Below, piece after piece: positions 23,926 to 36,712 of a stretch of DNA of 64,000 nt (positions within the stretch are counted from its first letter, which is position 1; each line of letters opens with the position of its first letter). The position numbers and the translations under genes are program-made. Below the pieces are notes generated by a model. It ran no database searches. It was not told the DNA's origin and worked only from the letters and a program-made list of their open reading frames with translations. The stretch lies in contig NC_067402.1 of the NCBI RefSeq assembly GCF_016432865.1, positions 33,108,001 to 33,172,000 of the forward strand, written 5' to 3'. This DNA is from Antechinus flavipes (lineage: Eukaryota).

Positions 23926-24920
23926 CTTCTTCCCCTAAATTGCTCTGAAATATCAACTCCTTAGTACAAAAACGTTTTTTTTTTAATTTTGGAAATAACT
24001 CAGTGGCAAACAAATTTATACAAAATCCTACAATCCTCATTATCTCCAATAATACCATGAGGACCCCTTATTTTAAAGGACTTACTTGCTTTAAAGACAA
24101 GGACATAACAGCAATTCTTTGGGTCTGTGGCAAAATCCACAGTATGACTACATGTATAGTAAATAAAAAAAAATTATCAAGATTTCCAAGGAATAACGTA
24201 CACTTTGACAATTCGAGTTCCCTTTTGTCAGATTGGGAGAAGAAATTGGCATCAGTAACTCAGAGTTGTATAGAGCAATTACCTTGAGAATTGTAAAAAG
24301 TAGGTCACTGATTGGATGCTGATTGACAGTCTGCATGCCGACACAACAAACACATTTCCTGAAGATTTTTTCCTTTATCTTTGACATAAGTAAAAGCACA
24401 AGGGGATATGCAAGTCCATTAAGACCTACTATACCCCTGTTTAATCACTCTTACCCCATGATCATTTCTTTTCTCTGCATCCTATAAAGGCAAACTCAAA
24501 GGTCATTCTTTGTCTTCTCTAAAATGAGACCCGATGTCACTGAAAACTAAAATGGTTAGTCTCGGTGGAAGTCAGAAAAGAGCCAAAATCGAACGTCAGA
24601 ATTCATCAATCTCACTCCCAGACTTGGATCCAGAGGCCACTAAGAAGGTGTTTATAATGAGATACTTTTTGGACCTCCCACTTCTCATGACACTAAAAGA
24701 CTTGCTATATAGTCCATTGATGATTCCAAAATTTCATCCTTACCCCACCACACTAGACTTCATTTAGGCCCATTTCAAGTCCAACCTGCAAAGCTGAAGC
24801 AATAAGGCATCGGGAGGGAGCAGTATCCCAAACCATGGAGCTTGCTTCTAGCCCAAAGTCCAGAGTCTTTATCCTAGGAAGCAACCCGAGTGAAAAGACA
24901 ATCTGGTACCTGCTTCTACA

Positions 24921-25148
24921 GGGCAGCTAGGTGACCAGTGAAAAGAGTGCCAGGCTTGGAATCAGAAATTTACTAACTGTGTGATCCTGGGCAAGTCACT
25001 TAAGCCTGTCTGCCATAGTTTCTTCATCCAGAAAATGAACTGCAGAAGGAAATGGCAAACTGCTCTAATGTCTCTGCTAAGAAACCCCCCAAATGGGGTC
25101 ACAGAGAGCCAGACAGGTTTGAAACAAATGAACCTCAACACAACAACT
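24921..25148 (+). mobile_element. MAR1-type SINE
   Basis: gggcagctaggtg…gaaggaaatggcaaac…aaatggggtcacagagag…caacacaacaac. Confidence 0.85.
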
Positions 25149-25450
25149 GCCTTAGCAGACGCAATAGTACCCATCTTCCCAGAAACTACAGTTAGTAAAA
25201 GCCCCAAGAAGATATTTCCTTACACCAAAGTCTCTGGCATGATTAAATAGTTCAACATCAGAAACAGATATGATTTTGTCAGTGAGAATGATATTAAAGA
25301 AGAGGCATTACTATGTGCTTTGCTACTGTGCCTTAAGAACCATGGGCCTTTCCATCTGATTGGTAGCTTAAACAATGAATTGTTTGTGCACTATATTATA
25401 GGTAGTCTTCCTATATGTATTGTCTCTCCCGTTAGAATGTAAAGTCCTTG

Positions 25451-25594
25451 GGGCAGCTAGATGGCATGATGGATAGAGCACCAACCCTGAAATCAGGAGG
25501 ACATGAGTTCAAATCTGACCTCAGATATTTAACACTTCCTAGCTGTGTGACCCTGGGCAAGTCACTTAACCCCAATTGCCTCAGAGGGAAAAAA
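25451..25594 (+). mobile_element. WSINE1-type tRNA/CORE SINE inserted in an L2 tail
   Basis: gggcagctagatggc…gagttcaaatctgacctcaga…ccccaattgcctcag plus A-tail. TSD AGAATGTAAA(G/C)TCCTTG at 25434-25450 and 25595-25611. Confidence 0.93.
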
Positions 25595-26579
25595 AGAATG
25601 TAAACTCCTTGAGAGCAGGGACTGTTTTCTGGGGAGGATAAGGGGTGAGTGTGTCCCCAGTAATTTGCACAGAAAAAGAGCTCAATATTATTTTTTCATT
25701 TAGTAAATTATTCAGGACTCTATTACCCAAGACCTTGTCTACTTCCCTACTCCTACTCTACCTAATCTCCATCCAGATATCCTCGTAAAATATATCACTC
25801 TGGGCTTATAATAATTGAATCACGAAATGACCAAGATAAGGACATAGTATTATACCAGTTTTATCCTTTTATATCTCTGATGGAGAATCTGGAGGACACT
25901 ATCATTATTACCCATCTATTGTGGGTTGAACTACCTCAAAACTCACTTCTTACATCCTTCCCAGTGTTTAATCAAGGTATTAACCAGCAGTGAAATTGCC
26001 AAGAGGAAGGAAAATAAAGAGACAAAAATCCAAGGAAATCCCCAGTTGGCTAATCTTTCCCCGAATGATCTCAATAAATATCTGGAATATTAAAGAGTGC
26101 CCTACATTATAAATGCCTTTGGAACATTGGCCTCTTCCCTCCTGTGAGGACAAAATCAAGCATAACCTTGGCTATGGCCTTTCCAATTGGTATTCAGGTC
26201 ATCGTGGCAGGTACAGATCTCTCAGGAAGTCATCATATTCTCTCCTTAGTTTTCATGAAGGCAAAAGACATATGACCTCGGGCAGAGAAAACAGGAAATC
26301 AAATGATTTAAAGGTATTAAGGTCACAAGAGGCAAGTCCCTAGTGTTCCCAAGAAGAGAGTTTTAATGACTAAGAAAAGCCAGTGAGTGATAGCACTCAT
26401 TTTTTTCATGTTTCTTTATCTTCCCTCTTTTCTAAAGGTAATATTTTATATATTTTCTATTCTATTCTATCCTTTTCACATATAATCAATAGTAATAATA
26501 CACATTTAATAACAATCATTAATAAAGATTCCATTGATTGAAAATGCATTTATATTTTACTAAAAGTAAGTGGCAAATC

Positions 26580-26770
26580 CTATTACTTCTACATCCTCAA
26601 CATCCATCCTGACTGTCTCTTTCTCTTCACACACACAGCCACTACCTTGGTGTAGGTCTTCATCAGACAAACGTTCATAAAGCACAACTCTGACTATGTC
26701 GTTCCTCCACTCGAAAATCTTCAATAGATCCCTATCGCCTCCAAGATAAAATTCAAAATCCTCTGTCCGA
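26580..26770 (+). mobile_element. L2 remnant
   Basis: cacacagccactacc…tctgactatgtc…aaaatcttcaatagatccctat…gataaaattcaaa. Confidence 0.65.
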
Positions 26771-27269
26771 TATGGGTTGAGGTAGTGATTATATTCTCTA
26801 GGCCCGGTGTGGAAGCACTAACTTCCAAAGGATCTCCTCATCAGGCTACTTCCATTACTTTTTGTTGATAGGTTCTCTTTTAAAGAATAAAGTTTGGGTT
26901 ATGGTAGATAGATGGCAATGGGTCTGAACTCAGAATTCTCCATCAGAGATGTAAAGAGAATAAAACTGGTGGATATGCAATGTCATTATCCTGATCGTTA
27001 CTTTATTCTATTATTAATAATTGCATAAGAGATGTATTTTGTGGAGATGTTTAGGTAGAGAAATCTTCCATTATCCAAGTATCATTCCATTCTCTGATGG
27101 AATGGAATTCACATACAATAAAATCAAGGGAAGAAATCAAATCATGAATGCCTATGCCATCAAGAGTGAGTTAATTTTTTTATCTACTATCTCCCTGGCA
27201 TATTAATTCCATGACATTTATTGAGTATCAAGTATATTCAAAGAAAGAAGCAATTGGGATTACAGAATG

Positions 27270-27440
27270 CTTGGGGAATATATTTAGAGCTAGAAGACAA
27301 CTTAGAGGTCATTCTAGTTCAACCTCCTCATTTTAGAAAACAAACTGTGACCCAGAAAGGTTAAAGTGGCATTGGTGACAGAGGCAGAATTTGAATCCGA
27401 TCCCTCTGATTCCAGAGCTGAGACACTTCACTATATCAAG
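27270..27440 (-). mobile_element. MIR3-like SINE
   Basis: tttagagctagaag…gttcaacctcctcatttt…gcagaatttgaatcc. Confidence 0.75.
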
Positions 27441-28017
27441 CTATTAAGGATTTGACAAATAAAAAAAAAAAAAACAACCAAGGGTCAAATAAGATAATAT
27501 TTGAAAGTACTTAGCACAGTGCCTAGCACATAATAGGTATTTAATAAATGCTTAGTGTCTTCCCTTAAAGAGGTTAAGTGACTTCCCTAGTCACATAGCT
27601 AGTTAATGACAAGAGCTAGAACTGGAGCCCTGGTATCTTCGTAGCTAAATTCGTACTCTTTCCTTATTACTCTCTGTGTTTTATTTCAGATCACAAGTTT
27701 CCTGGATATCCTGAAACATTGATAGTTGTACGAGTTCATCCAATTGAGTGTGTGATGCACAATGGGAACCTATCAAGGCTTTGTAGCATTTGAAACTCCT
27801 ATCCATGTCTCTACCAAGTTATCATCCAAAATATTGGAGATCATATGCTTGCTGTCACGTGCCTCATGCAGCCTCCAGAAAGCCATCACATATGACATTC
27901 TGTAAAGAACATTGCATTTGAGGTCAGGGGCTGCAGCTTCTATTCCTGACCCTGCCACTTAACTGCATGTGTGACCTTAGGTAAACCATTTAATTTCTCT
28001 TGGTGGTCTTGGTGGGC

Positions 28018-28057
28018 CAGGTAGATCTATAGATACACATATCTATAGATCTACCTG
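28018..28057. repeat. Perfect inverted repeat: 18-bp arms, 4-nt loop
   Basis: CAGGTAGATCTATAGATA-caca-TATCTATAGATCTACCTG. Confidence 0.97.
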
Positions 28058-28678
28058 TACACATACACATATATACATATATAAATATCTATCTATCTAT
28101 CTATGTCCCAGAATGTTACCCCACTATGAATGTCTCTGAAAATGGCACAGAAGCTGAATTCAGTTATAAAATAGTAGAGATAGATTAGACTCTGGAAATT
28201 GGTCCTCTCATATATGACATATTGTATATATGACATATTGTATACAAATGTCACTTAATCTTTATAGCACCCATGTAGCTTAGGCACAAGGGAGTGTTGA
28301 TAACTGTTTAACACCTGGCTCTCCACAACTTTTTTTACTTACAACATGCTTAAAGTTTAATACACCCTATTGCTATTTTCTTCATCACTTTCTTAGGTCT
28401 AGATAATCAGCAAAACAATAAATCAAAGCTTGATTGGGTTTGTTTGCTGATTTCCAAGGTATAAATGCTCACACTGAAAATTTTACATTCTCCTCTCCTA
28501 ATTTGTTTGAGCTGACTCCAGACTGCCTCTGGGTTGAAGTTAATATTATACCCACTTTCCAGATAAGGAAACTGCTAAGGATGAGAGAGAGGTTAAGTGA
28601 CTTGTCACACAGCTAGTTTAAGGCAGGATTTGAATACAAGTCTTTCTGATTCTAAATTTGGCATTCACTACATAACAT

Positions 28679-28855
28679 CAGAGGTGTCAAATTCAAGGTA
28701 ACTGGAAAAGTTCCTGCCAAATCAGATAAAAATATAATTGGAAATGTTCAAAAAAATAAATAAAAACACAGTACAATGTAATGTTCATTTGTGGTTTTCT
28801 AACTCAGTATGCAACTCCTAGAGATCTGTTTCTATTTGAGTCTAGCACTAGTGCA
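28679..28855. mobile_element. Non-autonomous hAT (Charlie-type) MITE
   Basis: Degenerate TIRs cagaggtgtcaaa…/…tttgagtctagcac; AT-rich interior similar to 35752-35942. Confidence 0.6.
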
Positions 28856-29674
28856 CTATATTAACTAGTTTCCAGATCTATAACCCTACAAGCCTTTTCA
28901 TCTTCCTCTGAGTTCCTTGTAATTTTGAATCATAGCTAATAGCAAAGAGAATACTGGTGTTAAGGCAATAGGGCTTCATTTTGTGTGTGGCATTTGACAG
29001 TTTGAGATCCCTGAAGGTCCAGTGTGATTTCCATAAACAGGGTCCAGTTCAGTCTTTTCCAACTATCAATACTAAATTCAACTCACTTGTAATCTACAGT
29101 GTCTAGTCAGATAAAAACTTAATTATCTACCTCTCTAGCTAGCTGTATGTCATACTCTCAATAACATGCATGTTTCATCCACTTTGTCTTCATTGTGATC
29201 ATTCTAGACAAAGTTTCTTAAAATTGCTACGGATTTCGTGCAGGGTCTATAATTTTTGTAAGGATGATGCAATTAATAAATCATCTATAAATTAAGCATT
29301 TAGAGAAATTCAATGTCATTAATGAATTATTTTCTTGCTGGATTCTGTACACATCATCTTCTAAAGTACTGGTGAATACTTTTTGAACATGTCTCACTCT
29401 ATTTTACATCTTCACTAATGTCAACACTCAGCAGATCATTGGACAATGTTATCTTTTGTTTGTTTTCTTTTTTAATCTTCTATGCTAGCATAACAAAAAC
29501 ATGGGAGACTATTTGATAAGAATGGTTCTGACTATATTTTGTTCTATCATTCAGGAAAAAAAAAACTGAAATGAAAAAGCTACCAAAATTCCGGGAAATG
29601 TGTGTTAAATGCCAACCCAAATAAATGAAGCTTTTGAAAAAAATATTATTGTTTGTAGATCTGGTTAAGGGAGG

Positions 29675-29895
29675 CAATAATTTATAGAGGGTCAGAAGTA
29701 GAGTCTGGAAGGCTGAGTTATAACCGCTTTGAATACTCGTTAGTTGTATGATCTCAGCAAGATAATTAACCTCTCTGAGTCCTAGTTTCCTCATCTGTAA
29801 AATAGGAATACAAGTGGTACCTACCTTCAAAGGATGTTATGAAGATCAAATAAGATAATGTATATAAAATAAATGTGAGCTATTAATATTGTTAT
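29675..29895 (+). mobile_element. MIR
   Basis: aacctctctgagtcctagtttcctcatctgtaaaatagg…gaagatcaaataagataatg. Confidence 0.8.
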
Positions 29896-31957
29896 TTCAA
29901 AAGCTTTGCTGCTTTCAATGTACATAATTTTTTTCATGCAATATAGCATACATGGACTTGGTTATGTCTTTTTTTAATCACAGAATTGGTCCACTGGAAG
30001 ATGTAAATACTGATGTCCTGTATCTCCGACCTTTCTTTAAAATTCAGTAATGCATAAATGATTCCCACACTTTCTTCCTCACTCAAAAGGCCTCTTATAT
30101 GAGAGTCAAAATGATTTTAATTATCCAAGTGCATAATTCACACAATGCAACAGAAGATAACCCACAAAAGAAATCACAGCTGTCCATCCTATTAGCAATT
30201 TCCAAAGAGGTGTTGCTTTTTCATTTAAAAAAAAAATTGAAAAGCAGAATGAAGATTAAATATCAAAAGCTGTGTTGGAGTTTGGTATCAAATAGAAAGG
30301 TATAGAGAACACAGAATTCAAATACAATTCTTCATCTTTTCAAACCACCTAAGTCAAGGTGCTGGACATACTTGCAATGGCATAAGTGATCTCATTCATT
30401 CTGTAGTCAGAACTGAAAAATAAAAGAGTGTTCAGGGGCCAACTCAGAGCCGATTTCCTGATAACTTCAACTGCTTAAATGTGGTCATTGCAATACTGAT
30501 TCACAAAGTTAATTATGTTTTCCTGTAAAAATGCAGCATTAATTGTAAGCAGAGCATATTAAAATGGAATGTATAATAAAGTACTGGGTCGGTTTGTATG
30601 TGTGTTTTTCCTCTCCTAAATAAGTATATGACATGGGCTATGTTTGAAATGGCATTAATTATTTATCACTCTATATGGAAAAAGTGTAAAGGGTTTATTA
30701 GCTTTTCTAAAGAATAAATAAAATGGAAATTGTGATCAATATGATGAATATATTAAGTTTACATTCTTTTTGGCCATCCCACTTGATATGGTTTTATGTA
30801 TAAATCTCATAAAAGTGTTATAGACATCTTAAAAGGAAATATATTAAATAAAAATAAAATCTATTAAAGAAGGTAATTTTAAATATTTAATGATATAATT
30901 AAGTCATATTAATGTAACGTTCTTTATTTTTCAGATTAAAAATTCACGGGGATTGTCATCCCCTTCATCTTAATCAGACACTGTGTTTGTCATAATTATT
31001 TGTTATGTATTTTCATTAACATTTGATGAATATTAACTGTTTGAAATAAAACAATATTTTTTTCTTGAGCTGTAATGACAATCTGAGGGTGTTGTACAAC
31101 TAGCAGATAGTCAAACGAGAAAGTTGATAGGGAGTGCTGATGAAGCCCCCACCCTTTTCATTTAGCTCTTCTACAATCAGGCTGCACATAAATCCCTCTC
31201 CCCACCTAAATTGAATCTTCCCATTGCTCCTGACATTTCTTTCTAGAATGGACTTACATGATTTCCCAACTTCCAGTTTTGGAAAAACTGGATGACCTTG
31301 CCTTCTGCGCTTCCTATAAGGTCATCATAGAGAGGGGGGGAAAAAAGCTCAGAATTGATCATAGAAATTTGAACTCAAAGGAACCTTGGATGCCATCTAG
31401 CCAACTTTTCTCATTTTGCAGTAAAAGAACTGGGGTTCAAGGACATGAAATGAATTCTCTAAGTCTTCCCAAGATAGCACAGGCTAGATTCAAATTCAAG
31501 TCTTCTATTTCCCACTTTAGTGATTTATTCATATTACATCACACTTTGGCTAGTCAGACTCTGAGCCAATCTTTGAAATGAAAGGCATGGATGTAAAGAG
31601 GCAGCAGAATAATTTCTGAAAAGAATTGTGATTGCATTGTACCCAATCCAAATAGAGATTAGGCTACTTTATATTCTTTTCATGATATTCGGCACTGATT
31701 TCATAAAGAGTTAGAGAAAAGAGACAGAGTAGAAAGACCCAAATGGACACATGTTGATAGCAAAGTCGTTCCATGTCATCTTTTCATAGGCTTTCTCCTC
31801 CATGGGGTTCTCAATGATCTTTAGCTTCATGTCTGCCTCTTAGAATTCTCAGATTCTTCCAAGACTCTACCTATTCAAGATCCGCCTCTTATCTAATATC
31901 TAGCCTTAGCCTGAAGTTTTTAGTTTTTTTTCCATTCCCTTTAAAAAATAGTTCACA

Positions 31958-32520
31958 GCTGCTAAGTAAAATGAGCAGAACCAGAAGATCATTGTACAGG
32001 GCAACATCAATATTATAGAATGATCAAGTCTAATGAATGTGACTCTTTCCAGCAATGAGATGATTGGTGCCAGTTCTAATGATCTTGTGATGAAGAGAAC
32101 CATCTACACCCAGAGAGAGGACTATGGGAACTGAGTGTGGACCACAACATAACATTCTCACTCTTTTTGTTGTTGTTCACTTGCATTTTGTTTTTTTTTA
32201 ATTCATTTTCTTTCATTTTTGATCTGATTTTTCTTGTACAGCAAGAAAATTGTATAAACATATTTACACATATTGGATTTAACATATATTTAACATGCAT
32301 AACATATAGTGGATTGCTTGCCATCTAGGGAAGGGGGTAGGGAGAAGGAAGGGAAAATCTGAAACACAAGGCTATGCAAGAGTCAATGTTAAAAAATTAT
32401 CCATGCATATGTTTTGAAAATAAAAAGCTTTAAAAATTAAAAATTAAATATAAAAATAGATAAAGATAAAATAAAAGATAAGATAAAAAATAGATAAAAA
32501 TAGATAAAGATAAAAATAGA
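31958..32520 (+). mobile_element. L1 3' end (ORF2 tip and 3'UTR) with an A-rich tail expanded into TAAAAATAGA/TAAAGA repeats
   Basis: gctaagtaaaatgagcagaaccagaagatcattgtac matches the ORF2 end. The 3'UTR is the reverse complement of the 10.4-kb and 49.2-kb copies. AATAAA plus A-rich tail at ~32420-32520. Confidence 0.9.
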
Positions 32521-33729
32521 TCATTGGGCCATAAATTTCAAACTAGAAAGAACCCTACAGGATGTCTAATACAATTTCCTCATTTTACAAATAAAAAAAC
32601 TGAGGGTCCTGAGTCATGACTCAAGTCTCTGATTTCACTTCCTGTGCTTTTCCCACTGTTTGGATGTATGTTGTCTACTCAAAATAGAATGTTAGGTCTT
32701 TGAGAATAAACATAGTATTTTTATATTCCTTCCCAGTACCTGGAAAAAATCAGGTGCTCAACAAGGTTTTGGTAAATTGATGAGAGATCTTCAAATTTCC
32801 TTGGCAAGTCTTGAATAGTCTTTTGGAGTTGTGGCTATCTCTTAAATTGCCCTTTTTGGTTCTAAAATCAAATGATGAATAAATTCACCTAAATTCTCCC
32901 TTTCTTATCCTGAAGAGTACAAACACCCTTTAAAACATCCCAGTAAGGGCCTCCTTTCTTTATTGAACTGTCTGAATTCTCCAAAACAGTAGACTATGAA
33001 TAGTTAAGTCTGGAGAAAAGCAGAAACCCAAAATGTTTTAAAGATTCAGAATCCAGAAACAATCTAGATATAGAAACATAGATAATATAATCTAGGTCAC
33101 ATGAGGCTTCATTTTCTTACTAAGGAAAAGACATGGGCCAAGAAGTAGAATAGTGGATAAAGCACTGGCTCTGGAATTAGGACCTGAGTTCAAATCTGCC
33201 CTCAGCCATCTATACTTACAAGCTGTGGGACAAAACCTAAATTGCCTTGCAGAGCGATAGAGACACAGAGAGAGAAAGAGAAGGAAAGGACATTTACTAG
33301 ATAGCTTGCTATTCCATACTGGCTGCTTTGAGGATTATTAAGAGGGATTTAAAAGAAAAAATAACAATAGGGAATATTGACTTACTATGCATTACACAAC
33401 ATCTGCTTTTACCTTCAATTGAATTTACTTTCACTATAAAGTTCAGACTGTTATATATTTGCCCCAACAGAGAAAAGTTTATATTGGGTAAAGATTTAAA
33501 AGATGGAGACAGTGAAAAAAATGGATGCATGGAGTAGAGAGGGAAAAAGGCACCGAAATCACCAAATTGAGATTCAAATCCCCCCTCTGCTCCTAATTCT
33601 GTATGACCCAGACAGAGCACTTCCCTTTTTCTGACAGAGCTCAGGTGCTTCATCTATCAAGTGAGGAGTAGGGACTAAGTAGTCTCTGAGATGCCTTCCA
33701 GTCGTAGAGTTATGGTCACATGTGTCTTA

Positions 33730-33920
33730 TCTGAGAACTGAAGAATCCCAGAGGTGCAGGGAATCCCAAACACCACCTAGTCCTATCCTCTATCTGACCA
33801 AGAATGCCCTCTACTCTGTATCTGCCAAGTGATCTTTGCTCAAAGACCTCAAGTGAAGAAGTTTTCACAACCTCACAAGACAGCCCTTTTCACGTTGTGA
33901 TATTTTTATAATTTTAATGG
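33730..33920 (-). mobile_element. CR1/L3 LINE 3' remnant
   Basis: gaatcccagagg…ctagtcc…caagaatgccctctac…aagacctcaagtgaag…acagccctttc resembles the CR1/L3 3' end as recalled. Confidence 0.65.
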
Positions 33921-34486
33921 ACAAGTCATAATATCAGTGTTTTACACTGCCCACAGATACATTTGCTGAAGGGAATGGGGCAGGTGACAAGATGACAGGA
34001 TGGGAGAAAGCTCTTTTGAGTGTGCTCACTCTGGGTGTAGTTTATGCCTAGTTATAATATTACATATTTACTAGTAGGCTTGGTTTTCCATAAGCTGGAA
34101 AAAGGAGCAAGTAAGGCAAGATGGAGAATTAGCGTCAAGAAAATCCCAGTGGTACCACAGAAGAGAGGACAATGGATTGGGATCTAGAGAATATTGATTC
34201 AAAACTCCTTTTTTTTCAAAGTATAATTTTGAACAACCTGCTTAGCTTCTCTAGATCTGTTTTCTTACCTGTAAAAGGAAGGGTAGGGAATAGTCCAAAT
34301 GTCCTCTATGTTCTCATCAGTCTTTAAACCCATGATCCTAAGATGCTCTGCCTCAGACACTTATTATGTAATCATGAGAAAGTCATTTAATTTTTCTGAG
34401 CCTCAGTTTCCTTTTCTGTAAAATGAGAATGATAATAAGATCTTCCTCCTAGGATTATAGTGAAGGAGAATATATATGCAAAGTGT

Positions 34487-34698
34487 TTGTTGTTGCTCAG
34501 TCATGTCCAATTCTTTTTGATTTTTGTTTCCCATGGGATTTTCTTGACAAAGATACTGGACTAGTCTATCATGTCCTTAAGGCAAACTGAGTTTAAGTGA
34601 CTTACCCAGGATCATACAACTCATAAGTGTCTGAAGCCAACTTGAACTCAGATCTCCCTGATTCACAACTCAGTGCTTTATCCATTTAGTTATCCAGC
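34487..34698 (-). mobile_element. MAR1-type SINE
   Basis: tttgttgttgctcagtcatgtcc…gggattttcttgacaaagatactgga…gacttacccagg. Confidence 0.75.
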
Positions 34699-34953
34699 TT
34701 AAGCCTCCTAAATGAAAAGCGTTTGGTTAACTTTAAATACTTGTGTAAATTTCATCTATGTTGATGAAGACTAAACATTGGCAGAAAAACCTTATTGGAA
34801 GAAGACAAAAAGAAAGAAAAACCCTCGATCAAGAGGTACAGCTAAAATACTAGCCACTAATGACGAATGGAGGCAACCCAAATCTATCCAACCAAAATTG
34901 TTTACACAAAACACCGTGGCATTGGATCATTTCTTAAAGACTTGATTTTGTCT

Positions 34954-35101
34954 NNNNNNNNNNNNNNNNNNNNNNNNNNNNNNNNNNNNNNNNNNNNNNN
35001 NNNNNNNNNNNNNNNNNNNNNNNNNNNNNNNNNNNNNNNNNNNNNNNNNNNNNNNNNNNNNNNNNNNNNNNNNNNNNNNNNNNNNNNNNNNNNNNNNNNN
35101 N
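34954..35101. other. Assembly gap (N)
   Basis: Run of N. Confidence 1.
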
Positions 35102-35751
35102 ACTTGTTCTGCTTACATAAATGCACAGGTATTAGACGCATTATTAAGACACTATGTAGTTCACACCCAGAGCTCAGAGAACAACTTTAACCCCTTAAGT
35201 ACCTATTGAGAAAACATTTCTCCCCCCTTAAGTTTTCCCATCTTTCCCCTCACCCTCATATGACTTTCCAGGGTATATACAACTGTCCATCATTCCTACC
35301 TTCCTCCTTTATAATCTAATTTCAATCAAAAATATTCATTGACCACCTAATTTGTACAAATCACTATGAAATACTCTGTGGGTGGCTTCCTGTAGTGATG
35401 GGGAACAAGGGCATCCTCACAGGAAAAGGAATGCAACAATAATATGTGGCACTTATCCCAAAAGAGGGAAAACTTGCCCTATTCTCAGCACAAGGAGTTT
35501 CAGATCAATGAGGCAGAGAATAAAGAGAATTGAAGTTCAGAGGAGTATGGACACCCTTACTGGCCAAAATTCTCATCCCAATCCTGATTACCTTGTTGTT
35601 GGCTCCAGGTGAAATTCCCTAGTACAGAAAAACTCATTTTGTCTGCTTCTACACTAAATAGAATTCAAGTACCTGGATTTAAGTCACACCTTTGATATAA
35701 ACTGTGTTTGTGATCCCAATCAAGGCATTTAATCTCTTAATTCTTTGATTT

Positions 35752-35942
35752 TGAGATGTCAAAATTCGGTCTCATATCCAGCAAAACAACAGAGGGTGGT
35801 TCCATTCAAGTTAGAATGCATTTGGAAATATTTAACAAAAATTTAAAGATATGATACAACATAGATGATGTTAATTTGTGTTTTTTAAGTCAAAATGTGG
35901 CCAAAAGGGGTCTACTTCTATTTGATGTTTAAACTTCTACTC
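35752..35942. mobile_element. Non-autonomous hAT (Charlie-type) MITE, same family as 28679-28855
   Basis: gagatgtcaaaattc…aatttgtgttttttaagtcaa…ttctatttgatg. Confidence 0.55.
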
Positions 35943-36481
35943 TAGGTAACTTTTTAAGTTGCAGAGACTATGCAGACCTTCATTAGTAGAAAGCATTTCC
36001 TTATTCAGGAGTTTATTCTATAGTACTGGAATCAAGGGTCAGGTTACCCGATTAAGGCCATTCCCAAGAAATAACAGTTAGTTATCCTTTCTCTGGAACC
36101 AATATCTTGCTAAGAGAGGACGAGCCTGTTTAGAACCCACTAGATAGAGTGAGAATATTCTGGTCTATATATGTTTTTTGAAGTGTAATAGGAGTAGCCA
36201 AAGGTAACTGGGAAAAAAAAAGGAATTAAGTATGCCTAGTGTTTAATAAATTATTTATATTTCATTCATGCGTAGTTCCTCCTTCCCTCCCCTTGTCTTG
36301 GGAGTTCCTGCCAAGGAGACATGGAGAGAGTAAAAATTTTGGGACCAGCATTGCATGGTCCAAAGGAAATAACTCCAAGGGAGTGAAATTAAATGATGTA
36401 TTGGCTATTACATTTGTGCACTGTATCCCTTTTTTCTCTCTCCTTCTTTCAGAGATCTCAACAATTTTGTCATTAGACATT

Positions 36482-36603
36482 AAGTTACTCTCTCTCTTTA
36501 GAGATTTTATAACTGGAATGAGAACATGGTAGAACATACCTTGAAGTTACTCTCTCTTTAGGGATTTTATAACTGGAATGAGAACATGGTAGAACATACC
36601 TTG
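36482..36603. repeat. Tandem duplication, 60-62-bp unit
   Basis: aagttactc(tc)tctcttta g(a/g)gattttataactggaatgagaacatggtagaacataccttg occurs twice. Confidence 0.95.
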
Positions 36604-36712
36604 TTCATTTCAATTCAGTAAATAATAAGTGCCTACTATGTGCCAGGCATTGTGCTAAGTCCTGGGGATGCAAAAGAGGAATAAGATAGTCCCTGCCCTT
36701 AAAGAACTTAAA

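Noticed and set aside
940-25190. Additional GAS-like 9-mers (TTCCAAGAA 940, TTCCTAGAA 17913 and 23010, TTCCCAGAA ~3050 and ~25177)
   Set aside because: AT-richer variants that are frequent by chance; only the CpG-containing optimal sites were kept.
25451-25520. tRNA gene
   Set aside because: The A/B-box-like sequence is the tRNA-derived head of a SINE, followed by CORE and tail; no cloverleaf.
27689-27930. Possible exons on either strand
   Set aside because: Acceptor-like sites exist, but every frame hits a stop without a good donor and no peptide is recognisable.
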